From Thermoanaerobaculia bacterium (GTDB lineage Bacteria; Acidobacteriota; Thermoanaerobaculia; Multivoradales; Multivoraceae), in the NCBI GenBank assembly GCA_963666565.1, contig OY762911.1, positions 1,792,001 through 1,856,000 on the forward strand: DNA of 64,000 nt. Reading direction: 5' to 3'. Shown here one piece after another: positions 58,202 through 64,000 of the stretch; within the stretch, counting starts at the first letter, position 1, and each line of letters starts with the position of its first letter. The translations under genes were made by a program, and so were the position numbers. Under the pieces are notes generated by a model, which was not told where the DNA came from, did not search any database, and worked only from the letters and a program-made list of their open reading frames with translations.

Positions 58202-59799
58202 TGTGAGGGCCCGCCGCCGGGGCGATTGTTCCGGCCTGTCTCGGCATCACCGTTCGCCCCCGCGTCTTCGGTCGCCCCCGCATCTCCGGTCGCCCTCGCG
58301 TCTCCGGTCGCCCTCGCGTCTCCGGCTGGCCCCGCGTCTCCGGCCAGCCCCGCGGCCGCCGGGATCCCCACAGCGAACCCGGCCCCCGCGGCTCGGAAGA
58401 ACCGCCGGTAGTCCGGCAGGAAGCGGAGCACCAGCAAGCCGCCAGCGAGCGCCGCCGCGGCCAGGCTGCCGGCGAATCGCTCCCAGCTTCCGGCGGGGAG
58501 CAGCCACGCCGCGGCCAGGAACAAAGGCAGCGGCAGCAGGTACACCTGGGCCAGGTTGCCTGCGAGGCGGCGACGCCGCCCGGCAAACAGGCCGAGTACC
58601 TTGACGAGCATGAGCAGGCTGCCGAGGCGCGCGAAGTTCGCCCAGGCCATCCCGATGGGACCCCAGTGGTAGGCGAAGACGACGCCGAACGCGACCAGCG
58701 CGGCCATGTTCAGGACGACGGTGGCCAGCCACAGCCGGTCCCGGTTCTGGACCTTGAGCGCCTCGCCTCCCGTGGTCGTGAACACATCGACGAGCGGCAC
58801 CAGGCAGAGGACGCGGAGCAGCGGCCCCACGTCGACCCAGTTCGGCCCGAACAGCAGCAGGACCACCTTGTCCACGTTGAAGAACAGGAAGTAGGCGGAG
58901 ACGACGATGCCGGAGAGGAAGACGATCGTGCCGAGGCGCAGGGTCTCGGCGAACTCCGCCGGGTCGTCGCGGAATTCGACCAGGGCCGGCAGGAGCGGTC
59001 GGACGGTCAGGGTCAGCGGAACCAGGAACGCGAGCCAGTAGGCCTGGGCGTAGTAGCCGACGAACGCCGTGGTCGAGAAGAACTCGACGATGAACGGGTC
59101 GACGTAGTTGAAGACCTGGAACGCGACCCAGACGACGAAGAGGTAGCGGCTGGCCTTGAGCAGTCCGGGGATGCGCCGCATGTCCAGGTGCAGGGGAACC
59201 CGTCCGCGGGCCCGCCAGAGCAGCAGGAGGGCGAAGACGGCCGAGGCGGCGAGTTCGCCGCCCACGAAGGACCAGACTCCGGCGCCGTTCAGCGCCAGCA
59301 GAGCCGCGATAGCGCCGAACAACAGGCCGCGCAGCACTTCGAAGCCGGCGATGTCACGGATCAGCAGCTTCCGCTCGAAGAAGGTCCGGTAGACCATGAT
59401 CACGGCGTCGATCACGATCCAGACCGCCATCGCGCGCAGCACGCTCGGCAGGTCGGGAAGGTAGGAGAAGAGGTCGGCGGCGGCGACCAACGCCAGCGAC
59501 AGGACGGCGCCGGCGCCGAGGCTCCAGGCCAGTACGGTGCCGTAGGACTCGCGCGGATCGCGCATCAGATGGTGCGTCAGCCCGAGGTCGCGCACCGCGG
59601 ACAGCATCATCACGACGCGGAGCGCCTGCTCGTACGCTCCGTGGCCCTCCGGCAGGATGAGTCGCGCCAGGACGATGCGCGTGCCGAAGGCGACGATCAG
59701 CCGGACGAACAGGGTCCCGTACGCGCTGACCGCCGAGTGCAGCAGCCGCTGCTTCGCTCCCGCTTCCGGGGCCGAGTCTTGATGCGGGTTCGGTTCCAC
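58198..59799 (-). CDS. oligosaccharide flippase (Wzx/MOP family)
   Basis: [19 protein letters not shown] and VG.Y..AY; about 12 TM segments. Confidence 0.85.
   Translation of the reverse strand: MEPNPHQDSAPEAGAKQRLLHSAVSAYGTLFVRLIVAFGTRIVLARLILPEGHGAYEQALRVVMMLSAVRDLGLTHHLMRDPRESYGTVLAWSLGAGAVLSLALVAAADLFSYLPDLPSVLRAMAVWIVIDAVIMVYRTFFERKLLIRDIAGFEVLRGLLFGAIAALLALNGAGVWSFVGGELAASAVFALLLLWRARGRVPLHLDMRRIPGLLKASRYLFVVWVAFQVFNYVDPFIVEFFSTTAFVGYYAQAYWLAFLVPLTLTVRPLLPALVEFRDDPAEFAETLRLGTIVFLSGIVVSAYFLFFNVDKVVLLLFGPNWVDVGPLLRVLCLVPLVDVFTTTGGEALKVQNRDRLWLATVVLNMAALVAFGVVFAYHWGPIGMAWANFARLGSLLMLVKVLGLFAGRRRRLAGNLAQVYLLPLPLFLAAAWLLPAGSWERFAGSLAAAALAGGLLVLRFLPDYRRFFRAAGAGFAVGIPAAAGLAGDAGPAGDARATGDARATGDAGATEDAGANGDAETGRNNRPGGGPSQ
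58237..58344. repeat. 18-bp tandem repeat, six copies, in the flippase C-terminus
   Basis: Units such as CGCCCTCGCGTCTCCGGT encode [36 protein letters not shown] on the minus strand. Confidence 0.85.
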
Positions 59800-59863
59800 G
59801 ATGCCGGTGGCCAGGAGCTTCGCGCGGAGGAAGTGGGTGCGCCGGCGTCCCCGCCGGTCGCTG

Positions 59864-60769
59864 CTAGAGCGCGAAGGTACGGTAGCGCAGGCAGCCTTGG
59901 AGCCGACCCAGTCGCCAGCCGGCGAGCCAGATCCACCGGCCGCGCCTCGACCTGGAGAGGAGTTGCGGACTGCGCAGTAGCAGCGATCCGAGTCGCATCA
60001 GGCCAGGCAGTGCCGGCAGCCGCGGCATGCCGCGCGGTCGGTACTGCGTGTAGATGTAGACGTTGTACAGCCCGTAGCGCGCCGCTTGGCGGAAGGCTCC
60101 TCGAAGGGTCGCCGGGAACCGCACGTGGACGATCGCCTCCGGTGCGAAGACGAGGCGGTGGCCGGCAAGTTGAAGGCGCCAGCAGAGATCGGTGTCCTCC
60201 AGCGCCACGTACGACTCGTCGAAACCGCCGAGCTCTTCGAAGACGTCGCGCCGGATGCCGAAACCGCAGCCGCCCGCGTGATCGAGGAAGGGCGGGTTCG
60301 TGTAGGCAGGCAACCCGTGCTGCTGCGCGGCGTCGCCGTGCAGCCGCCGCGCCTGCTCGCCGTTCAGGCGCTCGATTTCGTGGCGGCTCGCCGCCGCCTC
60401 ATGGCGTTCCAGCACGCGGACCAGCCCGTCGATCCAGCCTTCGGCGACTTCGTCGTCGGCGTCGCAGAACAGGAGGACGTCGCCCGTTGCCGCCGCCGCG
60501 GCGACGTTCCTGGCGTGCGCCGGCCCCTTGCGGTCGGCGGCGTGAAGGACGCGCAGGCTGGCCAGCTGGTCCCCGTAGGACGCCGCTAGTTCCAAGGAAC
60601 CGTCGGTCGAGCCATTGTCCGCGACCAGCACCTCAAGGTCGCCTTGCCAAGTCTGCCGGCCGATCGCTTCGAGCTGCGCTCCGAGCGTGCCGACGGCGTT
60701 CAGGCAGGGAACGATGACGCTGACCCGCTCGATCGCGAACGGCGGCGCCCCCGCCTCGTCCTCCGTCAC
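59864..60769 (-). CDS. glycosyltransferase family 2
   Basis: VSVIVPCLN, VADNGSTD, ARN, FCDADD and GGFDE..EDTDLCWR. GTG start overlaps the sulfatase stop. Confidence 0.92.
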   Translation of the reverse strand: MTEDEAGAPPFAIERVSVIVPCLNAVGTLGAQLEAIGRQTWQGDLEVLVADNGSTDGSLELAASYGDQLASLRVLHAADRKGPAHARNVAAAAATGDVLLFCDADDEVAEGWIDGLVRVLERHEAAASRHEIERLNGEQARRLHGDAAQQHGLPAYTNPPFLDHAGGCGFGIRRDVFEELGGFDESYVALEDTDLCWRLQLAGHRLVFAPEAIVHVRFPATLRGAFRQAARYGLYNVYIYTQYRPRGMPRLPALPGLMRLGSLLLRSPQLLSRSRRGRWIWLAGWRLGRLQGCLRYRTFAL

Positions 60770-62214
60770 TCCAGGTAGCCCATCGCCTCGAGCGCCTTGC
60801 GCGCGGCCTCGGTGTGCGGCGTGACGTTTTGCGGCGAGGCGCGGATCCACCTGCTCAGGCGTCGACCGAGCCGATCCCTCACCTCCGGGAACTCCGAGGC
60901 CACGTCTCTGAGTTGCAGTGGGTCGGACGGCAGGTGGTAGAGCTCGATCGTCGACTTCTCGCGGTCCCGGTTCGGCGGACGCAGGACGAGTTGCCACTCG
61001 CCGTCCTGAATGCTCCGCAGGTGACGCTGGTAGGCCCCGGCGTCGGCGAAGGCGATCGGATCCGCGTCGGCGCCGGTTTCGGCTTCGTCGGCCCGGGGCT
61101 GCTCCCGCAGCAGAGGCAACCAGCTCCGGCCCTCGAAGCCCTCGGGCATCGGTTCTCCCAGCAACTCGACCAGGGTGGGGAAGAGCCCGATCAACTCGAC
61201 CGGCTGCTCGACATGGCGAGCGGCGTCGGCCCAAGGTTCGCCGACGACGACCAGCGGCACGTGGACGCTGCTGTTGTAGGGCACCGGCCCGTGCTCGAAG
61301 GGCACGCCATGCTCGGCCAGCTCCTCGCCGTGGTCGGACGTCAGGACGAACAGGCTCCCGTCCTCCATGCCGAGGGTGGCGATCTCGTCCAGGATGGCGC
61401 CGATCGCCCGGTCCGTGACCCACACGTTCGCGTCGTACTGGGCCACGTAGTAGCGCAGTTCCCGTTGGTCGCCGAGCGCCCGGCCCTCGGCGCCGGTGAG
61501 GTCGACGATCCGGTCGCTCGTGTAGTGCTCGTCGTCGATGAACGGGTTCGCGGTTCCGGGCTGGAGCAGGTAGGGGGCGTGCGGATCGGTGTAGTGCAGC
61601 CAGACGAACAGCCGCTCTTCCGTGGCCAGCGAGGCGAGCAGGGGCCGGGCCAGGTCGTTCACGCGGTCCGCCCACACGTGGCGCCGGAACGCCATCGGCC
61701 GCCGCTCGACCGGGAGTTCGTCGACCGCGTCGAGGGTCGCCTGATCGACCCAGGTCTGCTCGTAGCGGTCGAAGCCGCGGCCCCAGCCGAGCTCCCGGCT
61801 CAGCACCGGGTTGGAGATCACCGCCGCCGTCGTGAAGCCGCGTTCCTGGAACCAGGCCGGCAACGCGAGGTAGTCCTCGGGAATCGTCTGCACGGCCGTG
61901 TTGATCAATCCCGTCGTGTGGGGATAGAGGCTCGTGAACATCGAGGCGAACGACGGTCCGGTCTTCGGCCACTGGACGATCGCCCGTTCGAAGACGGTCC
62001 CCCGCTCGACCCACTCGTCGAGCCGCGGACTCGTGTCCCGGGGGTAGCCGTGCCAGCCCAGGTGGTCGGCGCGCAGCGTGTCGACCGTGATCAGGAAGAC
62101 GCGCCGCGGCGGTTCGGCTGCGGACTCGGGCGGCGGCCCAGTGCCGGCGCCGCAGGCCAGCGCCAGCACTGCAAGTGGCAGGAGGGCCAGCGCTTGCAGG
62201 CGGCAACATCGCAT
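60766..62214 (-). CDS. sulfatase-like lipoprotein (alkaline phosphatase superfamily)
   Basis: Lipobox LALAC; ITVDTLRADHL, PKTGPSFASMFTS, DPHAPY, SDHGE and C-terminal LEAMGY. Confidence 0.88.
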   Translation of the reverse strand: MRCCRLQALALLPLAVLALACGAGTGPPPESAAEPPRRVFLITVDTLRADHLGWHGYPRDTSPRLDEWVERGTVFERAIVQWPKTGPSFASMFTSLYPHTTGLINTAVQTIPEDYLALPAWFQERGFTTAAVISNPVLSRELGWGRGFDRYEQTWVDQATLDAVDELPVERRPMAFRRHVWADRVNDLARPLLASLATEERLFVWLHYTDPHAPYLLQPGTANPFIDDEHYTSDRIVDLTGAEGRALGDQRELRYYVAQYDANVWVTDRAIGAILDEIATLGMEDGSLFVLTSDHGEELAEHGVPFEHGPVPYNSSVHVPLVVVGEPWADAARHVEQPVELIGLFPTLVELLGEPMPEGFEGRSWLPLLREQPRADEAETGADADPIAFADAGAYQRHLRSIQDGEWQLVLRPPNRDREKSTIELYHLPSDPLQLRDVASEFPEVRDRLGRRLSRWIRASPQNVTPHTEAARKALEAMGYLE

Positions 62215-62340
62215 GGGCAGGAGCCGAGGCTAGCAGCGTTCGCAGCGGGCCCGCTGCGCTGTAGCCCAAGGAAGAGGCCGCCCGCTGGGTACGCGGGTCC
62301 GGTCCGCCGGTAGCGCGGTCCGGCGGCGTAGAATCGCCCC

Positions 62341-62682
62341 ATGAACAAGGTCGACCACGCCGCGCCGACCGTGGCGCCCGCCCTGATGCGTTTCGCCGAT
62401 GCCGTGCGCGAGACGTACGGCGACGCAGTGGTGGAGCTTCGCCTGTTCGGCTCGCACGCGCGTTCGAGCGCGCACGAGGAGTCGGACGTCGACGTCGCGG
62501 TGGTGCTCGACGAAGCGGGCTGGGAGACTCGGCGCGACCTGATCGACCTGGCGACCGACGTGGGCATCGCCTACGGCCTGTCGCTGTCTCCCACCGTGTT
62601 CGACCGGGCCGAGTACGAACGCTGGCGCTCCCAGGACCGGCCCTTGACCCGGGACATCGAGGAAGAGGGGATACCTCTGTGA
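62341..62682 (+). CDS. minimal nucleotidyltransferase (MNT) domain protein
   Basis: LFGSHAR..ESDVDVAVV and C-terminal I.EEGIPL. Confidence 0.85.
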   Translation: MNKVDHAAPTVAPALMRFADAVRETYGDAVVELRLFGSHARSSAHEESDVDVAVVLDEAGWETRRDLIDLATDVGIAYGLSLSPTVFDRAEYERWRSQDRPLTRDIEEEGIPL

Positions 62683-62701
62683 CCGGATCCGTCGCGCGGG
62701 A

Positions 62702-64000
62702 GTGACGCCGGGGCGCCAGGGCGCGGCGGAGTTGCCCCGCCGCGCGAGTGCGATCGTCATCGGCGGCGGCGTGGTCGGCTGCTCGGTCGCCTACCACCTC
62801 GCGCGCTCGGGGGAGTCCGACGTGCTCCTGCTCGAGCGCCGCCGGATCGCTTCCGGCACGACCTGGCATGCCGCCGGCCTGCTCGGCCAGTTGCGGCAGT
62901 CGGTCACGATGACGAACCTCGCCCGCTACACGAGCGAGCTCTACGCCCGCCTCGAGCAGGAGACGGGACAGTCGACGGGCTATCGCCGCTACGGCTCCCT
63001 CTCGGTCACCGCCGACCCGGAGCGGTTCGAGGAACTCAAGCGCGCCGCGTCGCTGGCGAAAGCTCTCGGGCTGCCGGTCGACGTCGTGACGGCGAAGACG
63101 ATCGGGGAGCGGGTATCCCTGCTCGAGACGTCCGACCTGCTCGGCGGGCTGCACATCCCCGGAGACGGCTACGCGAGTCCGACGGACGTCACCCTGGCGC
63201 TGGCCGCGGGCGCCCGCTCCGCCGGCGCCCGGATCGTCGAGCACGTGCCGGTGACCTCGGTTCGCACCGCCGGGGGGCGGGTTCTTGGCGTCGCCACGGA
63301 GCAGGGCGACATCGATGCCGACTGCGTCGTCCTCTGCGCCGGCATGTGGACCCGGGAGTTGGCCGCCTCCATCGGCGTCAACGTCCCGCTGCATGCCTGC
63401 GAGCACTACTACGTCCGGTTCGACGGCATCGACGGGCTCGACGCGAGCCTTCCCGTCGTGCGGGACTACGACGCCATCTCGTACTTCAGGTACGACGCGG
63501 GCAAGCTGATCGTAGGCGTCTTCGAGCCGAACGCGCGGCCCTGGGGCATGGACGGCATTCCCGAGGACTTCTGCTTCGACGAGATCCCTGCCAACCGCGA
63601 GCACTTCGAGCCGTTGCTGCGCGGCGCGAGGGAGCGCATGCCGGCCCTTCAGTCGGCCGAGGTCTTGCAGCTCTTCTGCGGCCCGGAGAGCTTCACGCCG
63701 GACGTCCGCTACCACGTCGGCCCGACGCCGGAGTGCGAGAACTGCTTCGTCGCGGCCGGCCTGAACTCGATCGGAATCCAGTCCGCGGGCGGGATCGGCA
63801 AGGTCGTCGCCGAGTGGATTCTCGACGGGCATCCGCCGGCCGACCTCTGGGAAGTCGACGTGCGGCGCAACATGCCCTTCCAGGGCAACCGCAGGTACCT
63901 GCGCGAGCGGGTCTCCGAGAGTCTGGGCCTCCTCTACGCCATGCACTACCCGTATCGCCAGTTCGAGACGGCGAGGGGCGTGCGCCGCTCACCCCTGTAC
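62702..64000 (+). CDS. FAD-dependent GcvT-family oxidoreductase (dimethylglycine/sarcosine dehydrogenase-like), running off the window end
   Basis: Absent from the ORF track because there is no stop in the window. My translation gives VIGGGVVGCSVAYHL, SGTTWHAAGL, GPESFTPD and NSIGIQSAGG. Confidence 0.9.
   Translation, partial: MTPGRQGAAELPRRASAIVIGGGVVGCSVAYHLARSGESDVLLLERRRIASGTTWHAAGLLGQLRQSVTMTNLARYTSELYARLEQETGQSTGYRRYGSLSVTADPERFEELKRAASLAKALGLPVDVVTAKTIGERVSLLETSDLLGGLHIPGDGYASPTDVTLALAAGARSAGARIVEHVPVTSVRTAGGRVLGVATEQGDIDADCVVLCAGMWTRELAASIGVNVPLHACEHYYVRFDGIDGLDASLPVVRDYDAISYFRYDAGKLIVGVFEPNARPWGMDGIPEDFCFDEIPANREHFEPLLRGARERMPALQSAEVLQLFCGPESFTPDVRYHVGPTPECENCFVAAGLNSIGIQSAGGIGKVVAEWILDGHPPADLWEVDVRRNMPFQGNRRYLRERVSESLGLLYAMHYPYRQFETARGVRRSPLY

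Noticed and set aside
59864-63946. Apparent 1360-aa glycosyltransferase fusion
   Set aside because: Only 59864-60769 is GT2. The rest is out-of-frame sulfatase and antisense dehydrogenase sequence.

Overview
Very GC-rich bacterial DNA. Gene content suggests an Acidobacteriota- or Myxococcota-like organism, but this is inference only. From left to right: (1) an amidase 3' end and a GbsR-headed, translationally coupled menaquinone operon (polyprenyl synthase-menG-menF-menD-menH-menB-menA-menE) that lacks menC and ends in an uncharacterised ATP-grasp gene; (2) apaH, a serine hydrolase, a multidomain M28 peptidase, a truncated gene with stacked small palindromic elements, and a TonB receptor with an Asp/His-rich loop; (3) a ~20 kb accessory block with 3 GSTs, 2 MpaB/Lcp-like oxygenases, a sulfotransferase, 2 P450s lacking the I-helix threonine, a squalene/phytoene synthase plus an internally deleted inverted copy, kynU, a heme c/copper monooxygenase-like protein and an RND pump whose three parts are scattered; (4) recCBD; (5) a cobalamin riboswitch with a BtuB-like receptor; (6) a small protein/retropepsin pair, a surface-glycan locus, an orphan nucleotidyltransferase and a partial FAD-dependent GcvT-family dehydrogenase. 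A REP-like palindrome family with co-varying stems occurs about ten times, twice inside men coding sequences. Several deletion scars and leaderless promoters are visible. I saw no rRNA, tRNA, CRISPR array or transposase. All annotations come from reading motifs by eye; no searches were run.
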